Source: an uncultured Clostridium sp.
Lineage (GTDB): Bacteria; Bacillota; Clostridia; TANB77; CAG-508
Direction: 5' to 3'
NCBI GenBank assembly: GCA_947646915.1
Contig: CANSII010000006.1
Span: 37 to 64,036 of the forward strand
Length of the DNA: 64,000 nucleotides
Below the pieces are notes generated by a model. It was not told the DNA's origin, ran no database searches, and worked only from the letters and a program-made list of their open reading frames with translations. This document shows positions 31,079-41,902 of the stretch, in pieces; position 1 is the first letter of the stretch, and the number at the start of each line of letters is the position of its first letter. The translations under genes were made by a program, and so were the position numbers.

Positions 31079-33541
31079 ATGGGGAATTCAGAAGGAATTA
31101 ATAAAAAAGTAATTGTAGTTATTCTCATAATAGTGCTACTATTAGGCACTATTATGATGATAAACATATTTAATAAAAGTGATGATAGTACTAAAGATAA
31201 TAATATAAGTAATACAACTAATATAAAAGATAATAAATCAATGGATATTAATAATATAGAAAATGTTAATTCAATAGAAAACAATGAAACAACAATAGAA
31301 AATGAAGAAGATGACTTAATAATTGTTACAAATCAATTTTCATCTTTAGAGCAAGAAAATACAAATGGGTTAATTAAAGTAAATGTAAGTGGCTATAAAG
31401 GGGATATTTATACTCCTTCTGGTAATACATATAATCCCAATATTAACAAAAAACCAGTTACTATTATAGATAATCAAACAGATAAAACAGCACCTACTAT
31501 AAATGTTACTTATAGTAAACAAGATATAACTAATGAAAATGTTATTGTAACATTAAGATTTAATGAGCAAGTAAGTAATATAACTAGTGGATATACATTA
31601 GCAGAAGATAGAATGAGTGCTTATAAAGAATATAAAGAAAATACTTCAGAAGAAGTTAAAGTATATGATTTGGCAGGGAACAAAGCAACTACTAAAATAG
31701 AAATTAAAAACATCGACAAAGTAAAACCACAAGTAGCAAAAGTATCAGATTCGATATTTGCATCTAAAAAAATTCAAACTAAATTAACGATGGCAGATAA
31801 TGAATCAGGTATTAACTTAAATGGTTGCAAATATAAAATTGACAATAAAGAAGAAATGAAAGATGAGAGCAATTATACTAAAATTACAGATTTAACATCA
31901 TTAATAGAAAAAACAGTTGATAATGATGGAGTATATTATTTACATGTTATTTCAATGGACAATGCTGGAAATGTAAGAAAAGACACAATCAAATTAATTG
32001 TTGATACAGTAATGCCAACACTTCATATTAAATATTCAAATACAGCAATTACTAATAAAGATGTAGTGGTTACAATTACATCAAACAAAGAAATGCAAGA
32101 AGTATCAGACTGGAAATCAAATAAAACTAAAACTGTATTTACAAAAACTTATTCAAAAAATATAGATGAGGAAGTAGAATTTACAGATTTAGTAGGAAGA
32201 AAAATAAAAGCTCATATAAGAATAAATAATATAGATAAAGTAGAACCAGTAGAGCCAAAACTATCTCAAAATGTATTTAATACAAGACCTATTGATAATT
32301 CTAAAAATATAGACATTACTCTAACAGCTAACATAAGCGATAATGAAGGTGGTTCTGGACTAAATTTAAGTAAATGTAAATATGTATTGAATCAAAGTAA
32401 AGATACTCCAAGCAACTTTAATTCAGCAGCTACATTTACAAAACAAGACCAAACATTATATTTTACAATAAAAGAGAATTCTACTTATTATTTACATATT
32501 CAATTAGTTGACAATGCAGGCAATGAAAGAGTAACAACACAAACAATTATTAGTGATACTTTGAACCCTGTTGTTACAAGAGAATATAATATTAAAGAAC
32601 ACACAAACAAAAATGTTATTGTAACAATTAAATCTAATGAAACACTAAAAGGAACAGAGGGCTGGGAAGTTTATGATAACGGAAAAACTTTGAGAAAAGA
32701 GTTTAACAAAAATATTGGAAGAACAATTTATACATTTTATGATTTAGGAGGAAATCCTGTTTCTGTAGATGTAACTATTTCTAATATTGATCAAGATAAA
32801 CCAAACGATTCTGTAATTAATAAAAATACATTCAATACAAAAGAGTTTGATGTAGTAACTAGAATTTCAGATGTTGGATTTGGATTGAATTTAGAAGAAT
32901 GTAAATATATTCTATCTTCAAATGAAAAAGCTAATTTTGAAGGAGCAACTACATTTAAGAGTGAAAATGAAACATTAAAATTGAAAGTAGAACAAGATGG
33001 AATTTATTATTTACATACATTCTTAAAAGATGAAGTTGGAAACGAAAAAACTACAACTCATAAAATTATAGTAGATTCAACAAAACCAGAATTAGAGATT
33101 TCATATAGCAATACTCAAATTACTAATGAAAATGTAACAGTAACAATAAAAGCTAATGAGGAGATACAACCAGTATCTGGTTGGAATTTATCTTTAGATA
33201 AAAGACAATTAAGTAAAACATTTTCAGCTAATACAAATACTAATGTTGCAGTAAGAGATATAGCAGGAAATGAATCAACTGCTAAAATAGAAATTAATAA
33301 TATTGATAAAACTAACCCAGAAATTGAAATAAATTATTCAACAACTTCACAAACAATAGATTCAGTAACAGTAACAATAAAAGCAAATGAAAGAATACAA
33401 GGAATTGAAGGTTGGACTTTATCAAATGATGAAACAACTTTAACTAAAGTATTTGATGAAAATGATACTCAAACAGTAACAATTAGAGATATTGCAGGAA
33501 ATACAATAACAAAAAGTATTGTTGTTGCAAATATTATATAG
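31079..33541 (+). CDS. Large membrane-anchored surface protein with about 7-8 repeated Ig-like modules
   Basis: N-terminal TM anchor. Recurring modules ...P-L-I-YSNT-ITN-NV-VTI-ANE......D-AGN-----I-I-NIDK--P and YYLH----D-AGN. Confidence 0.7.
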   Translation: MGNSEGINKKVIVVILIIVLLLGTIMMINIFNKSDDSTKDNNISNTTNIKDNKSMDINNIENVNSIENNETTIENEEDDLIIVTNQFSSLEQENTNGLIKVNVSGYKGDIYTPSGNTYNPNINKKPVTIIDNQTDKTAPTINVTYSKQDITNENVIVTLRFNEQVSNITSGYTLAEDRMSAYKEYKENTSEEVKVYDLAGNKATTKIEIKNIDKVKPQVAKVSDSIFASKKIQTKLTMADNESGINLNGCKYKIDNKEEMKDESNYTKITDLTSLIEKTVDNDGVYYLHVISMDNAGNVRKDTIKLIVDTVMPTLHIKYSNTAITNKDVVVTITSNKEMQEVSDWKSNKTKTVFTKTYSKNIDEEVEFTDLVGRKIKAHIRINNIDKVEPVEPKLSQNVFNTRPIDNSKNIDITLTANISDNEGGSGLNLSKCKYVLNQSKDTPSNFNSAATFTKQDQTLYFTIKENSTYYLHIQLVDNAGNERVTTQTIISDTLNPVVTREYNIKEHTNKNVIVTIKSNETLKGTEGWEVYDNGKTLRKEFNKNIGRTIYTFYDLGGNPVSVDVTISNIDQDKPNDSVINKNTFNTKEFDVVTRISDVGFGLNLEECKYILSSNEKANFEGATTFKSENETLKLKVEQDGIYYLHTFLKDEVGNEKTTTHKIIVDSTKPELEISYSNTQITNENVTVTIKANEEIQPVSGWNLSLDKRQLSKTFSANTNTNVAVRDIAGNESTAKIEINNIDKTNPEIEINYSTTSQTIDSVTVTIKANERIQGIEGWTLSNDETTLTKVFDENDTQTVTIRDIAGNTITKSIVVANII

Positions 33542-33546
33542 ATTTT

Positions 33547-33571
33547 AAAGGGCAGTACAATACTGTCCTTT
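33547..33571 (+). terminator. Hairpin after the surface-protein gene
   Basis: AAAGGGCAGTA-CAA-TACTGTCCTTT. No long T-run follows, so its terminator function is uncertain. Confidence 0.4.
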
Positions 33572-33592
33572 AAAAATAGGTAGGTGATAAAA

Positions 33593-34589
33593 TTGAATAA
33601 AGAAGAATATAAAAAGATACTTAATCGGATTAAGAATATTTGAACCAATTCCAGAAGAAGCAAAGAAGTTTGTTGAAGATGAGTATTTAAGGTTATTTAG
33701 AACAAATAATATAAGCGAAGAACTAAAAGAAAAATATAAATTAATATTAAAAAATGTTTTTAATGAAAACAAGTATGTTAATTTTGAAGAAAACTGTCAA
33801 ATAATTAATGCTATTAATGAACTAGAAAAAATTGATAGCAAATTTAAAGCTATAATATTAAAATCAGAATTAAACAATTTAAAACAAGATGAATGCTGTA
33901 ATTTATATGAATTAAACAAAAAGTATATAGAAGATTATATGGAACTAAAAGATGATATACAAATGTATGAACCAAGAAATGGTCCTAGCTATCCATTGAA
34001 TCCATTTGAAAATTTAAAAATTATGTTTATGCTTGAAAAAGATGAAAAAGTATTTTCTAAAGATGAAATATTTTTTTGTGGAAAAGAAGAATTGCAACCT
34101 AATCTTATAGATGTTTTGAAATATCATTTTGTTCCTGAAGTAATAATAGATATAGAAAAAGCATTAGAGATAAAAATGGATAATATAATAAATGACAAAT
34201 ACGAAGCATATCAATTTGAAGTTGGTGTTTTATTAGATAAAGATGATCCAGAATATGAATGTTATAATGAAGTTTGGGATTATAAAAATGGATATTATAA
34301 TGAAAATTGGGGATTTACTAAAAAATATGATGAAGCATTAGAATTTATAGATAACTATGTAAAAAATGGAAATAATAATACATATGGAATAATATCTTGC
34401 ATAAAAGTAAATGAAGAAGAGTTTAACAGTATATACAATGGTAGTTCAGAAATTATTGATATGGATTATGATTTAGGCAATGTGATTTGCAGTAAATATA
34501 AAAATAAAGATAATGAAATTATTGAAAATTTTATAGATAAAAATACTAAAATAAATGAGAATGAAGAAGATGAAGAAGAAACAATATAA
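33593..34589 (+). CDS. Hypothetical acidic protein; one CGG +1 site at 33626
   Basis: TTG at 33593 after GGTAGGTGA. Skipping C33626 joins LNKEEYKKILN to GLRIFEPIPEEAKKF..., which runs open into track ORF 33939-34589. Tail NEEDEEETI. Confidence 0.6.
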
Positions 34590-34604
34590 TAGGAGGAACT
34601 ATAG

Positions 34605-35054
34605 ATGGAAAAGCAGAGAAAAAAACAATGTGAAGAAGGTATAAAAATAATTTGTGCGAAATACAGATTGAAACTTAAAGAAATATCTAATAATGAAATT
34701 GCAATATGTGCTAAAAATAGTGCTAAAAAGTGGGTTGAATGGATTAAATTTAATTTTGATAAAGAAAATATTATAGTAAATAAAGAACAATGTAGTTTGT
34801 TGTTTTGTGATATACGAGAAGATATTACTCCAGATTTATTACTTGATTTTGTAGCAGACATTAATACTATAGCTCGCAAATTTGATACACATATAAAATT
34901 ACAAACTATTATTACTGCAAAAGATTGGCAAGAAATTGCAAAGGTTTATGATGCTTATGAAGATAACCGTTACCAAGTTCAATTTAAAGATATTGATTTT
35001 AAAAAAGGTGATAAATATTTATACTTTACTATAGTGTATGAGAAAAAAAGATGA
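34605..35054 (+). CDS. Hypothetical protein
   Basis: ORF track, AGGAGGA upstream. Confidence 0.55.
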   Translation: MEKQRKKQCEEGIKIICAKYRLKLKEISNNEIAICAKNSAKKWVEWIKFNFDKENIIVNKEQCSLLFCDIREDITPDLLLDFVADINTIARKFDTHIKLQTIITAKDWQEIAKVYDAYEDNRYQVQFKDIDFKKGDKYLYFTIVYEKKR

Positions 35055-35578
35055 ATGGATTGTTTAGAGTACATCATTTAATTAAGGAAGATCTAGTATT
35101 AGAATGTATTGATTGTTACTCTAAAAATGAGAGAAATTTTGTTAATGCACATTGGGAAGAAATTGAGGAAAAATTATGTAATTATGTAAAAGAAAAGCAA
35201 AACGAAGTAGAAAAACATATAGAAAAGGATATTTTTGAATTAAAACAAATTTATACTAAAACAAGTCAAAATTATGTGTATATCGACAAACAGGATATAT
35301 TGGATTTCTTTGATTATGATTGTAAATTAATAGAAAAAATTACAAATCAATATGATAATGGAACTCAATATAAATTAGAATTAGAAGTTGACATTAATAA
35401 AGAACTATCAGAATTTAGATTATATAGTAAAGCAAAAGAAGAAAAGCAGTATATAAAAAGTTATGAAGGAAAATTAAATTTGGATTCAGTATTATACTTT
35501 TTATGTTATTCTAATTATGAAAGTTTTTTAATGGATATAAATGACTCTAATGATATTGAGGAAGAAAACTCCATATGA
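35051..35578 (+). CDS. Hypothetical acidic protein
   Basis: ATGA overlap, tail DIEEENSI. Confidence 0.55.
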   Translation: MNGLFRVHHLIKEDLVLECIDCYSKNERNFVNAHWEEIEEKLCNYVKEKQNEVEKHIEKDIFELKQIYTKTSQNYVYIDKQDILDFFDYDCKLIEKITNQYDNGTQYKLELEVDINKELSEFRLYSKAKEEKQYIKSYEGKLNLDSVLYFLCYSNYESFLMDINDSNDIEEENSI

Positions 35579-35585
35579 ATAAATA

Positions 35586-35682
35586 GGGAAAAATTTGGGA
35601 ATTGAAAACCCCTATATAAAATATTATGATGTTAATATCAAAACTTATAAGTTGCTTGAAAAAGTGACTTGTGAGTTTTTTT
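35586..35682 (+). promoter_or_regulatory. Promoter module copy 7
   Basis: GGGAA at 35586 and 35597, TTGAAA at 35602, N17, TATGAT at 35625. Hairpin AAAACTTATAAGT/ACTTGTGAGTTTT then T-run. Confidence 0.75.
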
Positions 35683-35777
35683 ATTTATCGCAATGTAGTG
35701 TAAAGAACATTCCAGTCTGCTTTGCTGGCGATGTGGGGGCAGTACCCACCTTTGCAACCATTATAATAGGAGGAAAA

Positions 35778-36619
35778 TTGAAGCAAAGAATTTAAGAGTT
35801 TTTATAAAACAGTAGAAGGAAATGAAGGAAGTAAATGCAAATATCCTACACGACTTGATACATATGGTTGTGGCTGTCAGCATGATTGCAAATATTGTTA
35901 TGCAAAATCATTATTAGATTTTAGAAATTTATGGAATCCAAATGATCCGAGTGTAGCTGATACAAGCAAGATAGAGAGAAAAATAAAAAAATTACCTAAA
36001 GGAACAATATTGCGATTAGGTCGGAATGACCGATTGTTTCCAACCAATTGAAAAGAAATATAAAGTTACATATAACACGATAAAGCTATTAAATAAGTAT
36101 GGAATAGGTTATTTAATAGTTACTAAATCAAATTTAATAGCTGATGATGAATATATAAAAATATTAGACAAAAAGTTAGCACATATTCAAATTACAATAA
36201 CAACTACACAAGATGATTTATCACTTACTTATGAAAAAGCAACTGTTCCAAGTAAACGAATTGAAGCCATTGAAAAATTACAAGAACATGGATTTGATGT
36301 ACAGGTTAGACTTTCACCATTTATTGAACAATATATAGACTTTGATATTTTAAACAACATTAAATGTGACAAAATTTTAATTGAATTTTTGAGAGTAAAT
36401 TCATGGATAAAGAGATGGTTTGACTTAGATTATTCTAAATATACTTTAAAACAAAGTGGATATTGTCATTTACAGTTAAAAGATAAGATTAAAATGTTAA
36501 AGAAAATAACTGGATTTGAAGAAGTAACAATATGTGAAGATGTTTCTAATCATTATTTGTATTGGAAAAGAAATGTAAATGTAAATAAAGATGATTGTTG
36601 CAATTTAAGAAAGGAATAA
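35778..36619 (+). CDS. Radical SAM enzyme (SPL/PA0069-like small radical SAM family). It has one CGG +1 site at 36022 and an unresolved frame problem at its start.
   Basis: CxxxCxxC motif GCGCQHDCKYCYAK. Skipping C36022 gives RLGGMTDCFQPIEKKY. TTG 35778 (after AGGAGG) is one base out of frame with the body. The A3 run at about 35784 is a possible indel site. Confidence 0.7.
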
Positions 36620-36620
36620 A

Positions 36621-37838
36621 ATGAATAATATTACTGATTATAAGAAATGTAAAGAAATATTAAAAAAAGATTTTAGTAAGGAAAATAATATAAATAAGTT
36701 GCTAATGGATAAAGTTAGTTTAATTGATTCTTACAATTTCACATTTAAGCATGAAGAATATGCAACAACATTAGAATCATTAAAAAGAGGTTTTATTGTT
36801 AAAGTGGAAGATGTAGCTGCTAAAGGTTATGTTCCTAAAGATCCTTTCATGTCTGTTAATATACTAAAAGCAAAAGAAGAGATTGATAATAGATTAGATT
36901 ACCTATACTTTAGTAATGAAAAAGAAGATTTTTTTAATAATGTAAATAAATATGAAGTCGATCTTCTTCATGTTGAAGAAGAAAAACAAGACTATGAAAA
37001 AGATGAAATAATGACCTTAGAGGAATTAGGTAGAGAAATTTCGATTGAATTAGCAAATATAATGTTTAATTGCGAATATTCGTGCTGGAAAATCTTCAAG
37101 CAAGATACTTTAGAAGATTATAAAGAACAAATGAAAGAAATTATAGAAAATGATAGAGATATTCAAGATATAGCCAAAAGCAACAATACTACTTATGAAA
37201 ATATCATACAATCCATTGAAGAAGCAAAAGCTAATTTAGAACCAATAAATGAGATAAAAGGCTTTTTTAAGATAAAAGATTTTTACTGTAAATTTCCAGA
37301 TAAAACTGATAAAAGGTATAAATTACCAGATAACCAAAAACAGTTAAACATTTACATTAAAAAGGAAAAAGAATTAATAAAAGTAAATACCCTATTTGTA
37401 AATAAAGAAGATTCAATACGAGACATAAATAAATATGTAAAAGAAATTATGTGCAGACAGATAGGAGAAATATTGCCAGATGGAACAATTGAAAAAGAAT
37501 ATTTTAGGCAAGGTTATATCTATAAGAATTTTGAGAATTTTTATAAACGAGAAGGAATATGCTATGTATCTGAACTTGATGAAAATAATATAAATGATGC
37601 AGGTATTACTTTTGAAGGAATATGTGAAGATGTTAGAGATTATTTGGTAGTTAATGGAGTAGATTTAAACAAAGTTCCTTTTGAGGACATTGAAATAATG
37701 GCTGAAGATGTTTTTGAACAAGTTGATTGGCAATTTGTATGTTCATTAATTCAAGATGATTGGTTAGAAGGATATTTAGAAGATTTTCCAGATGAATACT
37801 TTGTTAATGGTAAAAATGAGGTATTAGAAAATGAATAA
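36621..37838 (+). CDS. Hypothetical acidic protein (shares a module with 52867..53661)
   Basis: ORF track. ELGREISIELANIMFNCEYSCWKIF...YKEQMKEIIENDRDIQDI parallels EVGEKHSIRLANLMFELGYGEWVF...MQKQIIEILRDDEGIDEI. Confidence 0.55.
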   Translation: MNNITDYKKCKEILKKDFSKENNINKLLMDKVSLIDSYNFTFKHEEYATTLESLKRGFIVKVEDVAAKGYVPKDPFMSVNILKAKEEIDNRLDYLYFSNEKEDFFNNVNKYEVDLLHVEEEKQDYEKDEIMTLEELGREISIELANIMFNCEYSCWKIFKQDTLEDYKEQMKEIIENDRDIQDIAKSNNTTYENIIQSIEEAKANLEPINEIKGFFKIKDFYCKFPDKTDKRYKLPDNQKQLNIYIKKEKELIKVNTLFVNKEDSIRDINKYVKEIMCRQIGEILPDGTIEKEYFRQGYIYKNFENFYKREGICYVSELDENNINDAGITFEGICEDVRDYLVVNGVDLNKVPFEDIEIMAEDVFEQVDWQFVCSLIQDDWLEGYLEDFPDEYFVNGKNEVLENE

Positions 37839-38181
37839 AGAAAAGATAGATTTAACTAGTATAGAAGGAATTAAAAAGCAAATAGATATTTTATCTAATC
37901 AGTATGAAGAATTAGACAGAGAATATATAGAATATAAAGAAGCTGATATGAACAGAGAAGCAGGAAGAATAGCAAACAAAAAATATAAAATATCCTTAGA
38001 ACTTGATAATCTAAAATCAAAACTTAAATTGAAAGAATTAGTGGAAAAAGAAAAAAAAGACAAAATATTTTCATTGCAAAGAAGAATTGACATATTTGAA
38101 AGGTTTTTAGTTGATAAAGGTTTAATAGATGAATTTGACAGGTATGAATTAGATATAAAAGAAGAGGAAGAAGAATTATGA
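37831..38181 (+). CDS. Hypothetical coiled-coil acidic protein
   Basis: Overlaps the previous gene by 8 nt, tail KEEEEEL. Confidence 0.55.
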   Translation: MNKEKIDLTSIEGIKKQIDILSNQYEELDREYIEYKEADMNREAGRIANKKYKISLELDNLKSKLKLKELVEKEKKDKIFSLQRRIDIFERFLVDKGLIDEFDRYELDIKEEEEEL

Positions 38182-38717
38182 AATATGAGAACATATTAAT
38201 ATTAAAAGCTAATATGAAAGAAACAGAAATAAGCGAAGAAATTAAAAGAATAAAAGATTATTTAAAAAATCACAATATAAATCTTATTTCATTTGAAAAT
38301 TTAGGAGAAAAAGCATTATTCTATGAAACTGAAAATAATAAAAATGGATTATATTTTCAAACGATATTTTATACAAATCAAGAAGAAAAAGAAAATTTTG
38401 AAAGTTTTATTAAAAATAGTAATAACTTTATAAAGCAAATGACTGTAGAAATAGAAAATTCAAAAGAAATTTTTAAACAAATAAAAGAGCTTAATGAAAC
38501 ATTTCTATTAAAAGGTATTGCTAGTGAAGTTGTTACAAGAATAGAAGATATGAATGAAGATGGAAGGAATATTCCATTAGAATTAGATAACATAGTTGAT
38601 ATAGCAGACAAGATTACAGATCATATCTTCTTTAATGAAACTATGAATGGAATTATAGATAATTATTTAAATGAGTATTATCCAGAAAAGGAAGACACGC
38701 AAGACTTGGAGGAGTAA
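38178..38717 (+). CDS. Hypothetical acidic protein
   Basis: ATGA overlap, tail EDTQDLEE. Confidence 0.55.
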   Translation: MKYENILILKANMKETEISEEIKRIKDYLKNHNINLISFENLGEKALFYETENNKNGLYFQTIFYTNQEEKENFESFIKNSNNFIKQMTVEIENSKEIFKQIKELNETFLLKGIASEVVTRIEDMNEDGRNIPLELDNIVDIADKITDHIFFNETMNGIIDNYLNEYYPEKEDTQDLEE

Positions 38718-38721
38718 TTTT

Positions 38722-39894
38722 ATGATAATTAAAATAGGAAAATTTAATTTTGTGAGTGAGAATAAAGAAGAATTTAGGCTGTTTCAAGATAATAGTTATT
38801 CAATGTTTAGTTATTTTTATATGGATGGTAAAGAAGATACTTTATATGTGCATAGTAGAAGTGATTTTGATAAAGAAAATAAAGAATATTATAAATTTGA
38901 ACAAGAATTATTAAAGAGATATTACATATTAGAGTACAGTTCTTTGATTCATAATAGAATACAAAAATTTATAAGTGATAAGACATTTGAAATATTTAAG
39001 AATAATAATTATTCAAGCTACGAGTTATATAAAGACATATCTATAAGAAAATTACAAAGTTTAGATACTGATATAAAATGTAGCCTTTCTTATAATACAA
39101 AAATAAATTTCAATACAAGCAAACTTGTTTATGCACTAGATAATGGTGATTCAATAATTTTTGATCCATATACTGAAGAAATACATAATTTAGAAGAACT
39201 CTATAAAAAGGGATTATTTGATAATGAAATTAAAGCAGGATTGATTTTAAAAGAAATACAGCATAAGAAAGCTCCAAAATTTATTTTGAAATTGGCAGAG
39301 ATAAATACTTTTCTTAAAGAAAAGAAAAATGTTAATTTAATATTTAATGATGGAAACAAGATAAAAACAGAAGCAGAACTAGATGAAATATTTAATATAT
39401 ATGGTAAAAAAATTAGTTTGCATTCAAGTAATGAACTTGAAAATTTAAATGCAGTAACTTTTAATAAATCGGAGGTTACAATAAATTCAGAAGATTTTAG
39501 TGATATAGAAAAACAAATAATAAGAACAACAGAAGATATTATATTACATAAAGTGGATCAACTGAAAGAAGAATTAAAAGATAAATTTGATAAGTATAGA
39601 AATGAAACTGAATATTATATGCCAGATACTATAAAAGAATGTATTGAAAGAATAACAACTTTGGAAAAAAATAATTTTAAAATTGAGCAAGAACAAGAAA
39701 AAGAAAAATATCCAGGTTGGTATTCTAAAGAATTTACAAATTTATGGCAAGATTATGAAAGAATTAAAACACTAGAAAATATTGATAATTTAGAAGATAT
39801 AAAGGATGAAGCTATAAAAACTGAAGATGAAGAACTTAAAAAAATTTATTATATGTTTGGTGGAGAAGAAGATGAAGAAAGTGAGGAGTTATAA
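38722..39894 (+). CDS. Hypothetical protein
   Basis: ATG at 38722 after GGAGGAG, tail EEDEESEEL. Confidence 0.55.
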   Translation: MIIKIGKFNFVSENKEEFRLFQDNSYSMFSYFYMDGKEDTLYVHSRSDFDKENKEYYKFEQELLKRYYILEYSSLIHNRIQKFISDKTFEIFKNNNYSSYELYKDISIRKLQSLDTDIKCSLSYNTKINFNTSKLVYALDNGDSIIFDPYTEEIHNLEELYKKGLFDNEIKAGLILKEIQHKKAPKFILKLAEINTFLKEKKNVNLIFNDGNKIKTEAELDEIFNIYGKKISLHSSNELENLNAVTFNKSEVTINSEDFSDIEKQIIRTTEDIILHKVDQLKEELKDKFDKYRNETEYYMPDTIKECIERITTLEKNNFKIEQEQEKEKYPGWYSKEFTNLWQDYERIKTLENIDNLEDIKDEAIKTEDEELKKIYYMFGGEEDEESEEL

Positions 39895-39896
39895 AG

Positions 39897-41025
39897 ATGG
39901 CCTGTGATTATATAAAAAAATTAGAGATAGATAAAGAAAACAATAAGATAACAGGATATATTGCTGATGGAAATATGACTCCTCTTTCATATCGAAAATG
40001 TGAAATGTATAAATGGAAAGAAACATTTGAAGAAAAATATGCTTCATTAATAAGAAGTATTATTTCTCGGAATGCTTCAGTTTTCAGATAGAAGCAATGA
40101 ACTTTATAAAATTTCTTTTAGTAGCCCATATGATTTGAGAGAAATTAAAAATTATTATAATGATATTGCTGTCTTAGGGGATTTAGGTACATACAAAAAA
40201 TATGAAAATAAGATAAATGAAATAATAAAAAATGGAACTGGACATAGAGAACTACATATAATTCCATCAGTTTACGAAGAAAGATTTATTTTAAATATTA
40301 TACCAAACAAATTGAATAACAATTTAAACGAAGTATGTTCTTTATTTAATAGAATGGAAATGGTATTTGAGAAAAGATGCGATTTAACAAAGCAAGACAA
40401 GATAGAAATGTTAGATAATGTACTTAAAAGTTTTGATATGAAAGGTAGACCAATATTTGAATTAATAGATAAAGATAATGAAGAATTAAAAGTTTACTTC
40501 TATCCAACATTAAAAGATACTAGCAATGAAAATGCTTATTTATCTTACGATATTGTTGTTAAAAATAATCAGTATCAATTAAAATATACTGATACTTCAA
40601 TGATGATTGGATATTTAACAAATCCAGGAGAAGAAAACCGAATAAAACAATATATGTATGAAATGGGAAAAGAATTTGAAAAAGATATTGCAGCTTTCAT
40701 GGTAGATGCAGAAGATTTAGCAGATTTACAATGGAAAGCCAAAGACAATTATTTTTATGAAAATTACAGAAGCCCACTTATTGCAATCAGAGAAAATGGA
40801 AATATTTTAGAGATAACAAAAGAAAAAGGGAAAATGATAGCCTCAATTTATACAAGTGATAACAATATTGATAAATGTGAATTAATATCTAAAAGGATTT
40901 TATCAGATAATTTTAATTTAGATAATATGAAAAGTTTAGAAGAAGTAAAAAATAATTGCTACAGATTGATTGTAGAAGGATTGGAACAACAAATAAATGT
41001 AACTGAAGAAGAAACAACTCTATAA
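39897..41025 (+). CDS. Hypothetical protein; one CGG +1 site at 40068
   Basis: Skipping C40068 joins ...ASLIRSIIS to GMLQFSDRSNELYK... (track ORFs 39897-40091 and 40072-41025). Tail TEEETTL. Confidence 0.6.
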
Positions 41026-41047
41026 AAGTAATAAGGTAAAAAATATA

Positions 41048-41902
41048 ATGAAAGGAAAATCATTTATGAATACTAAAAAAGTAAAAATAATTTCAGCTTG
41101 TATAAGTAACTATGAAGGAATGACAGCTTTAGTTGATACAGAAGATAGAGTATATCTTGGAAAGAGTGAAAACTATCATTTTACACCAGGAAAAGAAGCA
41201 TATTATGACAATGAAGATAATTCACTATGTTTTATAAGTAATAATGATAAAATATTTAGTTTTTTATATAGTTCTGGTTGGGTATTATCTCAAAAAGAAA
41301 TGCTACAGTATTTTACAATGGAATTGTATGAGGAATTTGATAAATTGCAAAATGGAGTTTTAAAGCAATTTAAAAGAATTCAGGAGATAACTTTTAATGG
41401 AAAACCTTTCATAAGTCTTACTGAATTAAGAAAACAAGAGAATTTAAAAGAATCTAAAAGGGATATAAATAATTTTAAATACAATAAAGACTTTAATAAA
41501 GAATTTGAAAAAGCTAAAAAAAGATTTAATGATATTTGTATGTGTACAGGAAGAGAACATTTAGTCTTAGATCAAAAAATAGCTTTAGCCAATGGTGCTA
41601 AATTAGGACAGCCAGAAGCATATCCAGAAAAATGGACATTAGCTGACCTTGTTGCAGAGAGTGACTTTCAAATGAATTTTAGAAAAGAAATGCTTAAAGA
41701 AGCTGATTGTGAAGATAAAATATGGATAAGAAAAGAATTAAATAGATGGAATAATTTTAAAAATCACTATTTACCACTTGTTAAATCTTTGAATATACAA
41801 TTATTTTGCAATCATTGTAGCTGCTTAGATGTAAATGAAGAAGATACATTGTTTTATAAAGAAAATATAGAAAATAAAATTGATGAGGAAGAAGAATTAT
41901 GA
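41048..41902 (+). CDS. Hypothetical protein (start 41048 or 41066)
   Basis: ORF track, tail IDEEEEL. Confidence 0.55.
   Translation: MKGKSFMNTKKVKIISACISNYEGMTALVDTEDRVYLGKSENYHFTPGKEAYYDNEDNSLCFISNNDKIFSFLYSSGWVLSQKEMLQYFTMELYEEFDKLQNGVLKQFKRIQEITFNGKPFISLTELRKQENLKESKRDINNFKYNKDFNKEFEKAKKRFNDICMCTGREHLVLDQKIALANGAKLGQPEAYPEKWTLADLVAESDFQMNFRKEMLKEADCEDKIWIRKELNRWNNFKNHYLPLVKSLNIQLFCNHCSCLDVNEEDTLFYKENIENKIDEEEEL

Noticed and set aside
31057-31140. Read-through or +1 fusion of the LPXTG adhesin with the downstream 820-aa protein to supply the missing hydrophobic tail
   Set aside because: A sorting signal must be C-terminal, and a fusion would leave 800 residues after the TM segment. The downstream gene has its own good SD (GAGAGGAG) and ATG.
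35595-35795. Track ORF of 66 aa (MGIENPYIKYY...)
   Set aside because: It spans the -35/-10, the leader hairpin and the structured leader of promoter module copy 7, and has no SD. It is almost certainly non-coding.
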